From Acutalibacteraceae bacterium (lineage in GTDB: Bacteria > Bacillota > Clostridia > Oscillospirales > Acutalibacteraceae), in assembly GCA_045649405.1 (NCBI GenBank), contig JAZRPW010000038.1, positions 13,442 to 77,441 of the forward strand: a stretch of 64,000 nucleotides of DNA, given 5' to 3'. Below are positions 45,313-54,327 of this stretch, in pieces. The notes under the pieces were generated by a model. The model was not told where the DNA came from, did not search any database, and saw only the letters and a program-made list of their open reading frames with translations. Both the position numbers and the translations under genes were made by a program. The stretch's first letter is position 1. Each line of letters begins with the position of its first letter.

Positions 45313-46968
45313 ATGGCAAAATTAAAGAAAAATGGATTTGTTGATGGCACACTTTTGTCATACGCTTCAATAGTTTTCACAAAACTTTTGGGACTTTTTT
45401 ACATCATTCCTTTTACTGCGCTCATTGGCGAAGATGGAATGGTTATTTATTCTTGCGCTTACGTTATTTATAACTTGGTGCTTAATGCTTCAACTTCAGG
45501 CGTGCCAACAGCAATGAGTATTTTGGTTAGTGAATACAACACGTTGCAAAAACACAAAACCAAGATGAAGGTTTACAGAATTGGTAACATTTTCTCTTGC
45601 TCACTTGGTGTTTTGTTCTTTTTGGTGCTTGTTTCATTTGCAAACACAATTGCTTCGTTTTATGTCAATACCGTTGCAGAAAATGCCGCTTCCATTTCGG
45701 TTGATTCTTTAGCAAACGCAGTTCGTTGTGTTGCAGTTTGTTTGTTGGTTGTACCGTTTTTGTCAATTTTCCGTGGATTTTTGCAAGGTCAAAAGGTGTT
45801 GGCAGTTTCAGCTTTTTCACAGGTTGTTGAGCAAATTGCAAGAATCGGCTTTGTGCTTATTGGCGCTTATGTTGCGATTAAAGTGTTTAACTTCTCAACA
45901 TCAACTGGTGTTAACATTGCACTTCTTGGTGCGGGAATAGGCGCTTTTTGTGCCATTCTTTATTTAAAAATTAAGTCGTACGGGGCAGATGATGTTATTG
46001 TTAAAGTTTCTGATGAGACCGATATTCTTTCAACAAAAGAAATTTTAAAGAAGTTTTTGTTCCATTGCATTCCAATTTTAATTGTTGCCGTTTCTGCTAA
46101 CATTTATGAAATGACAAACAACATTTTGGTTGTTGGTGTTTATGCAAATTTGGGCTTTGACAATGCAACTCAAGTTGGTTCGGTTATTACAACTTACGGT
46201 CCAAAAATCGCAATGATTATTTCGGCACTTGCAATGGGCCTTACAAGCACAATTGTTCCTGAAATGACAGCGCTTGTTGCTAAAAATGATTTAAAACAAG
46301 CCAACCAAAAACTTAACTCTGCTGTTGACATTATCTTTGCAATTTCACTTCCAATTTGCGTTGGAATGGTTGTTTTGTCTGACGCAGTTTACGCCTTTTT
46401 CTACGGCAATAATATGGCAGATGTCGGCGGAATGATGATTAAATTTATCATTCCGGTAAACGTTGTTTCTTGCATTAAAATCACACTTTGTATGGCAATG
46501 CAAGGATTGAAGAAAACCAAGGCGGTTTGTATTGCAACGATTTCTGGCATTTTGGTTAATTTAATTCTTGCAGTGCCACTTATGTACCTTTGTTATTATG
46601 TTTTAGGCTTTGGGCTTCACTCTTACATTGGTGCTTGCATTTCAACATTTATCGGCCAGTCAATTTGCGTGGTAATTATTCTTTTGGTGCTTAGAAAAAG
46701 TTTCAACTTCCGTTATGGCTCTATTTTTAGAACATTTATTAAAACTGCAATTCCTGCTTTAATTATGGGCGCTGTTGTATTCTTGCTTAACTACTTCTTG
46801 CCAATCAGCACAACCCGTTCGCTTTCACAAATAATTCATCTTTGTGCTTATGCCGGCGTTGGTGCAATAATTTACTTTGTGGCAATTTATTTAAACGGTG
46901 GGCTTTACGAAGTTTTCGGCAAAGAACAAGTTGAAAAAATTATGAGAAAATTACATCTTAAACCATAA
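45313..46968 (+). CDS. MOP-superfamily flippase (MurJ/SpoVB-like polysaccharide biosynthesis protein)
   Basis: 551 aa, ~14 TM helices, with an N-terminal region typical of SpoVB/polysaccharide-biosynthesis proteins (..GLFYIIPFTALIG..G..Y..AY.IY). Confidence 0.7.
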   Translation: MAKLKKNGFVDGTLLSYASIVFTKLLGLFYIIPFTALIGEDGMVIYSCAYVIYNLVLNASTSGVPTAMSILVSEYNTLQKHKTKMKVYRIGNIFSCSLGVLFFLVLVSFANTIASFYVNTVAENAASISVDSLANAVRCVAVCLLVVPFLSIFRGFLQGQKVLAVSAFSQVVEQIARIGFVLIGAYVAIKVFNFSTSTGVNIALLGAGIGAFCAILYLKIKSYGADDVIVKVSDETDILSTKEILKKFLFHCIPILIVAVSANIYEMTNNILVVGVYANLGFDNATQVGSVITTYGPKIAMIISALAMGLTSTIVPEMTALVAKNDLKQANQKLNSAVDIIFAISLPICVGMVVLSDAVYAFFYGNNMADVGGMMIKFIIPVNVVSCIKITLCMAMQGLKKTKAVCIATISGILVNLILAVPLMYLCYYVLGFGLHSYIGACISTFIGQSICVVIILLVLRKSFNFRYGSIFRTFIKTAIPALIMGAVVFLLNYFLPISTTRSLSQIIHLCAYAGVGAIIYFVAIYLNGGLYEVFGKEQVEKIMRKLHLKP

Positions 46969-47004
46969 AAAAACACTCGCATTTTTGCGAGTGTTTTTTT
47001 ATGG
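46963..47004. terminator. Bidirectional rho-independent terminator
   Basis: Long palindrome ccataaaaaaacactcgc-attttt-gcgagtgtttttttatgg. Confidence 0.88.
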
Positions 47005-47012
47005 TTTAAAGT

Positions 47013-48188
47013 TTATTCTTTTTTGCCTTTAAGTTGTTTTTTGTTTTCATAATAAACAACTATTTTTTTAACAATGTCATAAATAATTGCGAAAACAGGA
47101 ACACCAATAATCATACCAGTAACGCCATATAATCCACTGAAAATCAAAATTGAGAATAATACCCAGAATGATGAAAGACCAATAGAATCGCCAACAATTT
47201 TCGGACCAATAATGTTGCCGTCAATTTGTTGTAAAACAATAATCATAATAACAAAAATCAAACATTTAATTGGACTTTCAATAAGTATTAAAATTGCTGA
47301 AGGAATTGCACCAATAAATGGACCAAAGAAAGGAATTACATTTGTAACACCAATTATTACAGAAATTAAAACCGGGAATGGCAATCTCAAAATTACCATA
47401 AGAAGATAACACAAAACACCAATAATTGCAGAATCAACAATTTTGCCTGAAATGAAATTCAAAATAACACCATTTGCAAATTTGATTTCTTGTTTTACTA
47501 CAAGCGCTGCGTTCTTTTTAAACAAAACGTCAACAAATCTTTTAAGTATAGTTTTGAATTTTTGGCGGTCTGCCAAAAGATAAACCGCAACAATAACACC
47601 AACAAAAATGTTTTTTGTTACAACAAAGACTGATAAAACGCCGTCTCCAATACCTTTTACAATTGCACCAATTTGACCGCTCCAACTTTCAAGCAAGTGT
47701 GTAATGTTTTCGGTGTATTTTGAAATTGCATAGGTAACGCTTTGTTTTAATTCAGCGTTGTCAGAAAGTTGATTGTCAACAAACACATAAATCTTTTCAA
47801 TGTAAGCAGGAATTGAGTTGATGATTGTAACAATGCTTTCGTAAATTTGTGGAATAATTAAATAAAGAAGGACCGTTACAACGCCGATGCCAAAAATAAA
47901 ACTCAATACAATGCTTAAAACCCTTGTGAACTTTGTGGCAAGTTTGCGGTTTTTTAGCTTTTTGAAAATCAATGTAAAAAGCTTTTCAAACCATGTGCAA
48001 GGAGTGTACAAAAGATAAGCAATAACTCCACCATAAATTAATGGTTTAGCTGCTGAAACAAACAACGCCAAAACGTTTTTAATTTCTGAAACTTTGTCTA
48101 AAACAAAGAAAAGCAAAATGCTAGCGCCAAGCGCCAAAAACACAGTCAAACCAATATAAAAATACTTTTTAAATTGTTCGTTTTTCAT
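47013..48188 (-). CDS. AI-2E family transporter (PerM/UPF0118)
   Basis: ~390 aa, 8 TM helices, with the ..NVIPFFGPFIGAIP.. motif. Confidence 0.8.
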   Translation of the reverse strand: MKNEQFKKYFYIGLTVFLALGASILLFFVLDKVSEIKNVLALFVSAAKPLIYGGVIAYLLYTPCTWFEKLFTLIFKKLKNRKLATKFTRVLSIVLSFIFGIGVVTVLLYLIIPQIYESIVTIINSIPAYIEKIYVFVDNQLSDNAELKQSVTYAISKYTENITHLLESWSGQIGAIVKGIGDGVLSVFVVTKNIFVGVIVAVYLLADRQKFKTILKRFVDVLFKKNAALVVKQEIKFANGVILNFISGKIVDSAIIGVLCYLLMVILRLPFPVLISVIIGVTNVIPFFGPFIGAIPSAILILIESPIKCLIFVIMIIVLQQIDGNIIGPKIVGDSIGLSSFWVLFSILIFSGLYGVTGMIIGVPVFAIIYDIVKKIVVYYENKKQLKGKKE

Positions 48189-48261
48189 ATTATTTATTCC
48201 TTTTAAAAAATAAAGTCTATTAGTATTATAATAGACTTCTTTCCTAATTTCAATAGAAATT

Positions 48262-48834
48262 TTAAATTATGATTGGTTGAATTTGTCTGTTTTCAAGCGC
48301 GTTGTGCATTGCAATAATTGTTTTGTCAAAGTCTGCAACTAACGAGCGCTCTTTTAAAACGGGGTCATCTTGAGCATAAGGCACAAAGAAAATGTTTTTT
48401 TGGTTTTGCAAAATTCCAATGTTTTTTGCACTGGTTGAAAGACCATCGTTTGTTGAAACTGCAATCAAAACAGGGCGATTGTTTCTAAGGTGCGCCTTTG
48501 CCGCCATTGTAACGCAAGTGTCGGTAATTCCGTTTGCGATTTTACCCAAAGTGTTGCCTGTGCATGGCTCAATGATCAAAATATCAAGCATTTTTTTAGG
48601 GCCAATCGGTTCGGCAGTAGCAATTGTGTGAATAATCTCTTTTTGGCAAATTTCTTCAATTCTTTTAATATGGTCTTGCGCCTTGCCAAATCTTGTGTCG
48701 GTAGAATAAGCATTTTCAGACATAATCGGAATTACATTAGCACCTTGCTCTTTCAATTGCTTCATAATAGGTATAACTTTTGCAAAGGTGCAGTAAGAAC
48801 CACAAAGTGCAAATCCCACCCTAATGTCATTCAT
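48262..48834 (-). CDS. spoVFB: Dipicolinate synthase subunit B
   Basis: MNDIRVGFALCGSYCTF flavoprotein-like N-terminus. ATG at 48834 overlaps the spoVFA stop by 8 nt. The track start at 48963 would run through the spoVFA 3' end. Confidence 0.88.
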   Translation of the reverse strand: MNDIRVGFALCGSYCTFAKVIPIMKQLKEQGANVIPIMSENAYSTDTRFGKAQDHIKRIEEICQKEIIHTIATAEPIGPKKMLDILIIEPCTGNTLGKIANGITDTCVTMAAKAHLRNNRPVLIAVSTNDGLSTSAKNIGILQNQKNIFFVPYAQDDPVLKERSLVADFDKTIIAMHNALENRQIQPIII

Positions 48835-49630
48835 AAAATTCACTAACCTTCCTATTGTTTCGTAAATGTCTGTCAATAAATTTAAAAAGTGAGTTTGCAC
48901 TGCTTTGCATACAATAATTTGCAGGCAAAGCTTTTGCGTCAATATAATTAGCGTTAGCACCAATTAGCAAACTGTTTTTTGAAGCAAGGTCAACAATTAA
49001 TGCATCTTTACTAATTGAAAGAATGGTTTGAGGGCTTAAAACAGTTTGTGGAATGGTGTTAAAAATAACATTAAAAGCCGACAAATCTTCAATTTCGTTT
49101 GTGTGAATATAATTTGTTTTTTGTTGCTTTAAAAACAAAAAATCTTGTTCTTTTCTCGCACTGACTGTAATATCTTTGCAAAACGGATTTAAAAGTTTTG
49201 TCAGTGTTTTGCCAATTCTGCCACATCCCAAAACCAAAATTTTTGCTTCAGTCAATGAAAATGGTGTGTTTAAAATGCTAAGCGCCACAGCGGTTTCGGC
49301 TGTGTAAAATGCATTTTGTAAAACAAAATTTTCATCTTGGTTATAGTCAATAACCTTTCTCTTTTCATTAAGTTTATAATCGGGAAGAAAGACAATTGTT
49401 TCTTTTGAAATGGTGTCAATAGTTTTTGCAATGTCAAAACCGGTGGTGTTAATTGTTTTGTTATCTCTTGTAAATGGCAAAGGAAAAATCACCACATCAG
49501 AGATTTTTAAAATGCTTTTTACCTTTTTAAATTCTTCATTACCACCTAAGTAAATGGTGTCGTGTTGGCGGTTTAAAAGTTTTGCTAATTCTTTTTGTCG
49601 GTGGTCATTACCAATTACAGTTATAATCAT
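48827..49630 (-). CDS. spoVFA: Dipicolinate synthase subunit A
   Basis: MIITVIGNDHRQ.. N-terminus and the internal NAD-binding-like VLGCGRIGKT. ATG at 49630; the track start at 49639 is TTG. Confidence 0.85.
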   Translation of the reverse strand: MIITVIGNDHRQKELAKLLNRQHDTIYLGGNEEFKKVKSILKISDVVIFPLPFTRDNKTINTTGFDIAKTIDTISKETIVFLPDYKLNEKRKVIDYNQDENFVLQNAFYTAETAVALSILNTPFSLTEAKILVLGCGRIGKTLTKLLNPFCKDITVSARKEQDFLFLKQQKTNYIHTNEIEDLSAFNVIFNTIPQTVLSPQTILSISKDALIVDLASKNSLLIGANANYIDAKALPANYCMQSSANSLFKFIDRHLRNNRKVSEFYE

Positions 49631-49781
49631 AAAACTCAACTCGCTTTAAATTTTATTTCCATTATTACATTTTATGAAAAGATAGATAATATTGTTATAA
49701 ATTAAATAAATTTATGTTGACGAAAAAGATAAATAATGATAATATATATTTAATTGAATTTGTGAGAAAGGAATTTTTAAT

Positions 49782-51302
49782 ATGAACTTTAAATATAAAA
49801 ATTCAAATAAAAATAATTTGCTTGTAAATATGTTGATTATTATGATTTCAGCAGTTCTTACCTTTATGGGTGCAAAAATGTTTGGCGCAAAGGTTGGCGT
49901 TGTTGTTTTCGCAATTGCAATTGCAGTTTGTTTTTACAAAATTGCAATTGAAGCAATTGAAAAATTAATCAGTGGCAAAATTCATTATACATTGGTGTGT
50001 TTGGTATCTGTGTTGTGCATTTTTGCTTCACAAAAGTTTTTAATGTCAGCAATTGTTGCAATGATAATATCTTTGTCAATGACAATTTATGATTTTATAA
50101 ACAGTATAATTTCAGATAAGATTTTAGAAGATGATGACAACAAGTTAAAATATGAAGTTGTAGTTTCAGAAGAACAAACTGAATTTGTTTTTGCAGATGA
50201 TTTGCAAGAAGGAGATTTGGTAAAAGTTCAAAAAGGGGAATACCTTGCGTTTGACTATTTATATACCGACAAAAAGGGTGTAGAAAGAAAAACAAAAGCA
50301 GGCAAATTCAATTTTGAAACAGATGAAGAAACATTTGTAAAAGTTCAAGAAGTTGTTGAATATGATATTGATTTTGAAGAAAGCGAGCAAGATAAAAACT
50401 CAAAGGTTTTGAAAATTGTAAAACTTTCTTCACAAGCGTATGTTTTTGCATTAATCGCGGTTGCCATTTTAATGTGTGGTTTAGATTTTGTGCAAAGCAA
50501 AGCAGTTTTACAATCAGTTTATGTTTTGGGTGTTTATTTGATTTTTGCTAATCCATTGGTTGTAAATTCAGGTGTTTTAGCAAGTGGTCTTATTTCTTTA
50601 AAAGATTTAAAACAAAAAGGTTTGTGCCTTGAAAGTGTTTCTAATTTAGAAAAATTATCAAACGTTAAAAAGATTTATGTTACTAATGAATTGGTAGCAG
50701 AAGAAACAAAAGTTAACCCTGAAGTTATTAAAGCAGTAAAAATTGCAGAAGTTTTGAAAATTGATACAGAACTTTTGAGTGATGTTGATGAAGAAAAAAC
50801 TGAAGTAATTGCAAAAACAGTTGGCTTTGAAAAATTCAGTAGCAATGTGTCAGCGCAAGATGTAAGTGCAATAGTTGACGCGCCTTTGAAAACAGGTGGC
50901 AGTATATGTGTAACATCACTTCCAATTGAATGTGAAAAAGCAATGGTTATTTCAACTGATTGTGAAGCGAAAAATCACATTTGCAAAAACAAAATTTTTG
51001 AATTGGCAAAAGCAATTAAATATTCAAGTTTTTTCAAATGGTTTTCATATGCAAGAGTGGCAGTCGGCGCAGTTGTAAACGCAGGCGTTTTGGCATTGTT
51101 TGCAAGTGGCAAAGGTGCTAATTTTATAGCAAATAAACTTGTTGAAACAGATGTCGAAACATTAAAAGGCAAAATTTTAACAGCGCTTTATCAATACGAA
51201 ATGTTAACCCCTTGGGTTATTTGCGCTGTTCAATTAGTTTTAATAAATGTTTTGTTATTTGTAACATTATCATTTTTAACTGATAACGACAAAAAACTTT
51301 AA
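49782..51302 (+). CDS. Degenerate P1B-type ATPase-like membrane protein (catalytic motifs absent)
   Basis: The N-terminal TM region and actuator-like segment (LQEGDLVKVQKGEYLAFD) resemble heavy-metal P-type ATPases. However, ANP replaces the CPC position, IYVTNELV replaces DKTGT, and I found no TGES or GDGxND. Confidence 0.5.
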   Translation: MNFKYKNSNKNNLLVNMLIIMISAVLTFMGAKMFGAKVGVVVFAIAIAVCFYKIAIEAIEKLISGKIHYTLVCLVSVLCIFASQKFLMSAIVAMIISLSMTIYDFINSIISDKILEDDDNKLKYEVVVSEEQTEFVFADDLQEGDLVKVQKGEYLAFDYLYTDKKGVERKTKAGKFNFETDEETFVKVQEVVEYDIDFEESEQDKNSKVLKIVKLSSQAYVFALIAVAILMCGLDFVQSKAVLQSVYVLGVYLIFANPLVVNSGVLASGLISLKDLKQKGLCLESVSNLEKLSNVKKIYVTNELVAEETKVNPEVIKAVKIAEVLKIDTELLSDVDEEKTEVIAKTVGFEKFSSNVSAQDVSAIVDAPLKTGGSICVTSLPIECEKAMVISTDCEAKNHICKNKIFELAKAIKYSSFFKWFSYARVAVGAVVNAGVLALFASGKGANFIANKLVETDVETLKGKILTALYQYEMLTPWVICAVQLVLINVLLFVTLSFLTDNDKKL

Positions 51303-51315
51303 TTAAAGCAAAATA

Positions 51316-51346
51316 AAAGTCGGATGAATTTTCATCCGACTTTTTT
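51316..51346. terminator. Bidirectional rho-independent terminator
   Basis: Hairpin aaaagtcggatgaa-t-ttcatccgactttt followed by a T run. Confidence 0.88.
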
Positions 51347-51355
51347 GTTTTTTGT

Positions 51356-53317
51356 TTACCAGAAAAGGCTACCAATTGAACCGTCATTAAATTCTAATTG
51401 TTTGCCGTTTACAACAATATCATAAAGTTGTTTGTTACCTTCTGCAATAATATCCATTGTTTCTTCATAAGGCAAACCGCAAACATCAATCCAACCAATT
51501 GCCGCACAAGCACCATCAAATCTGCCCAAAAGTGACATATCACAATATTCAAAATAATGAACACCAACGCAGTTTTTACAACTAGCACCTGCTAACATAT
51601 AATCTCTGCAAGCAATACCTCTGTCGTGCTCATCTTTAGAACCTTTAAGACCAGGTGTGAACATTTTGTCAGTAGCAAGACCAATATGCCATTCGCTAAT
51701 AATTTGAGGCTTTTTGTTTGTAATTTCACCTGCGCGTATAATTTCTTCTGCAGGGTTTGGTTTGTAACAGTTGAATGAGTAAACATCAAGTTCACTACAA
51801 CCAAGACCAAATGAAGCAGCCCAAGGACCAGCGCTTCTGTAACCAAAGTTAATTGCTTTGCCAGCGGTCACTTTATTGCACTCAATTGCAGGAATGTCAA
51901 AGAACTTGTCAACAAGCATAATGCTAAGTTCTTTCAAAACTTTTTCCATTTCTTCACTGCCACCAACAAACTCGTGCATACTGTCAAAGTCTTTGAAATT
52001 TTGTTGCCATTTTTTATTGAGTGTAGCAATGTCGCCGTATCTTTCTTTTAACATATCAATAACAACTTTTTTAGAAACTGTTTCTTCATCAGAAGAAAGC
52101 AATACCTTAGCCATGTTAATGTTGTGGTCTGCTGCCATCCATTCTGGCTCATTGTACATATAAAAGCCCATAAAGTTTTCATCGTCTAAATATTGCTCAA
52201 GTTGTTTTGCAAATTTAGCGCTTAATTCTTTGTATTCATCAGAGAAAACATCACAAAAATCTCTAAATATAGTAGTTTTTGTTTTAGGGAATAAAACCAT
52301 TCTAATAATATAAGGCATATCAAGGCGTTTTGCAAAATCTTTTTGTGATTCTTGTGTTTCTTCATCAACACCAATGCAAACTGTGTTAAAGCCCCATTTT
52401 TTCATTCGGCCTTTTTGCAACAAGCACCATTTATCAAGCCATTCATCGCCAAAAGCACGAATAAAGTTAGCAATTGTAAAGTTAAACATAACTCTGTCTT
52501 TGCCAATTTCTCTGCCGTTTCTTTTTACAAATTCAGGGTTTAAGTTTGGCTCTGAATAACAAACCTTAAACTTTTCATCGTTTCTGTCAGGCAACCATTC
52601 GTGAATTTCTTCCATTCCATCAACATAGCCATAGCAACCAAGGCGGTTTGCACTGCCGTAACCAATGCCCATACTGAAAAATCCGTTTCCTTCAGGGGTT
52701 ACAAGGTAATCACGCTCGCCATCATTTGTTACATAAAAATGACCTTTTTTCTCAAACTTTTTGGATTTAAAACCGCCAAATCTGTCAAGTTTGTCATCTT
52801 CATTGTAATCAATGTTTTCATAAGAAGCCGCTTCATCGCGAAGTTTTTTAACAAGTTCTTCTTCGGTTTTAATTTTGCCTTTCCATTCAGCACCAGTGTA
52901 TTGACCAAACTTGTCAACACAAGGTTTTCCGTGAACAGTAAAGTCAGGCAACTGTTGTGAAATTTCAAAAGAGTAAACTTCAAATGAGTCAACCTTTGTA
53001 ATTACAAATTCAACTTCATCAATTTTTGAAATGTCACATTTAAGACCAGCTGTAGTGCCTTTTAAATTACCTGGTCTTGTCATAGGGAACCAGTTTTTTG
53101 CATGCAATTCTTTAACTTCAAAAACAACTGTAACATCGTAATTCGGCAAAATGTGTTGGCGGATTGCGTATTTTTGCTCACCGTTTTGCAAAAAAATTGC
53201 ATCAATTCTAGCCCTTTTTGTGCTTTTAGCATTCATTTTTAAAATAATAATGTCTTTATCGGTCAAAGTTTTTTCTACCTTGTAGCGAAAAACATTATTC
53301 TCAAAAATTGGTTTCAT
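51356..53317 (-). CDS. Cytoplasmic glycoside-hydrolase-like protein (clan GH-A TIM-barrel candidate, family unassigned)
   Basis: No signal peptide. YNEPEW (a typical acid/base NEP motif) and ISEWH (candidate nucleophile), with an N-terminal beta-sandwich-like ~130 aa. Confidence 0.5.
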   Translation of the reverse strand: MKPIFENNVFRYKVEKTLTDKDIIILKMNAKSTKRARIDAIFLQNGEQKYAIRQHILPNYDVTVVFEVKELHAKNWFPMTRPGNLKGTTAGLKCDISKIDEVEFVITKVDSFEVYSFEISQQLPDFTVHGKPCVDKFGQYTGAEWKGKIKTEEELVKKLRDEAASYENIDYNEDDKLDRFGGFKSKKFEKKGHFYVTNDGERDYLVTPEGNGFFSMGIGYGSANRLGCYGYVDGMEEIHEWLPDRNDEKFKVCYSEPNLNPEFVKRNGREIGKDRVMFNFTIANFIRAFGDEWLDKWCLLQKGRMKKWGFNTVCIGVDEETQESQKDFAKRLDMPYIIRMVLFPKTKTTIFRDFCDVFSDEYKELSAKFAKQLEQYLDDENFMGFYMYNEPEWMAADHNINMAKVLLSSDEETVSKKVVIDMLKERYGDIATLNKKWQQNFKDFDSMHEFVGGSEEMEKVLKELSIMLVDKFFDIPAIECNKVTAGKAINFGYRSAGPWAASFGLGCSELDVYSFNCYKPNPAEEIIRAGEITNKKPQIISEWHIGLATDKMFTPGLKGSKDEHDRGIACRDYMLAGASCKNCVGVHYFEYCDMSLLGRFDGACAAIGWIDVCGLPYEETMDIIAEGNKQLYDIVVNGKQLEFNDGSIGSLFW

Positions 53318-53338
53318 TATACATCACCTCTGTTGTTT

Positions 53339-53366
53339 ATGATATCATTTTCAAAACAAAATTCAA
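53339..53366 (-). promoter_or_regulatory. Candidate promoter for 51356..53317 (TTGAAT-16-TATCAT with TG extended -10)
   Basis: The reverse complement of 53361..53366 is TTGAAT and of 53339..53344 is TATCAT. Confidence 0.4.
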
Positions 53367-53436
53367 TACCTTTTTCAAGCAAAAATTTGCAGTTTTCACG
53401 CATTAAAAAATTTTTTGCCAAAATCAAATAAAATAA

Positions 53437-53465
53437 TTGAAAAATAATTTTGTTTGTGTTATCAT
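53437..53465 (+). promoter_or_regulatory. Candidate promoter for the CE4/Na-Pi operon (TTGAAA-17-TATCAT with TGTGT extended -10)
   Basis: TTGAAA at 53437..53442 and TATCAT at 53460..53465. Confidence 0.5.
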
Positions 53466-53502
53466 TTAGGTGTATGCGAAAATTACACAATGGAGTTTTA
53501 TT

Positions 53503-54306
53503 ATGATAGAATTTAAAACATATAAAGATGGCAAGAAACATATTGTAACATTTAGTTATGATGATGGCGCTAAAGAAGATTACAGATTAGTTGAAATTTT
53601 TAACAAATATGGAATGAAAGGCACTTTCAATCTTAACTCTGGTAGAGTTTACGCTGACAATGAGGATGTTAGCGCACAAGATTTGAAAGGTTTGTACGAA
53701 GGCCACGAAGTTGCTGTTCATACAGTAAACCACCCTTGGCTTGAAAAGTGCCCAAGTATATCTGTTATCAATCAAGTAATTGAAGATAGAAAGGCGCTTG
53801 AGAAACAATGTGGTTATGTTGTTAGGGGAATGGCTTATCCTTTCGGTACATATAATGATGATGTAATTAGCATCTTAAAAAACTGTGGCATTGTTTATTC
53901 AAGAATTGTTGGCGATGGTGGTTTTGGTCTTCCTTCTGACTTTATGCAATGGAAACCTACTTGTCACCATTTAGGCGCAAAAAAATATATCGATAATTTT
54001 ATTAATGGTCTTGATACACCTTGGGCTTCAAACCTTTTCTACATTTGGGGTCACTCTTATGAGTTTAGCCGAATTGACGGTTATGGCTTTGAATATATTG
54101 AAGGTATTTGCAAACGCCTTGCTGAACATAAAGATAAAATTTGGTTTGCAACAAACATTGAAATCTACGATTACATCAACGCACAAAGGTCACTTCACGT
54201 TGCAGCAGATGAATCGTTCATATACAACCCAACACAAATTGATGTTTGGGTAACCAAAGACTGGAAGGATGTTAAAATTCCTGCTGGCGAAACAGTTACA
54301 TTCTAA
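53503..54306 (+). CDS. Polysaccharide deacetylase (CE4 / NodB homology domain)
   Basis: VTFSYDDG (TFDDG-like) and HTVNHPWL (HxxxH) motifs. ATG at 53503 follows GGAG. No signal peptide. Confidence 0.8.
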   Translation: MIEFKTYKDGKKHIVTFSYDDGAKEDYRLVEIFNKYGMKGTFNLNSGRVYADNEDVSAQDLKGLYEGHEVAVHTVNHPWLEKCPSISVINQVIEDRKALEKQCGYVVRGMAYPFGTYNDDVISILKNCGIVYSRIVGDGGFGLPSDFMQWKPTCHHLGAKKYIDNFINGLDTPWASNLFYIWGHSYEFSRIDGYGFEYIEGICKRLAEHKDKIWFATNIEIYDYINAQRSLHVAADESFIYNPTQIDVWVTKDWKDVKIPAGETVTF

Positions 54307-54327
54307 TTAGGGAAAGGAAAAACAAAA

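Noticed and set aside
53317-53541. 74-aa minus-strand ORF spanning the divergent promoter region
   Set aside because: It covers the GH/CE4 intergenic promoters and the CE4 start. It has no RBS, and its sequence (IFICFKFYHNKT..) looks like translated AT-rich spacer.
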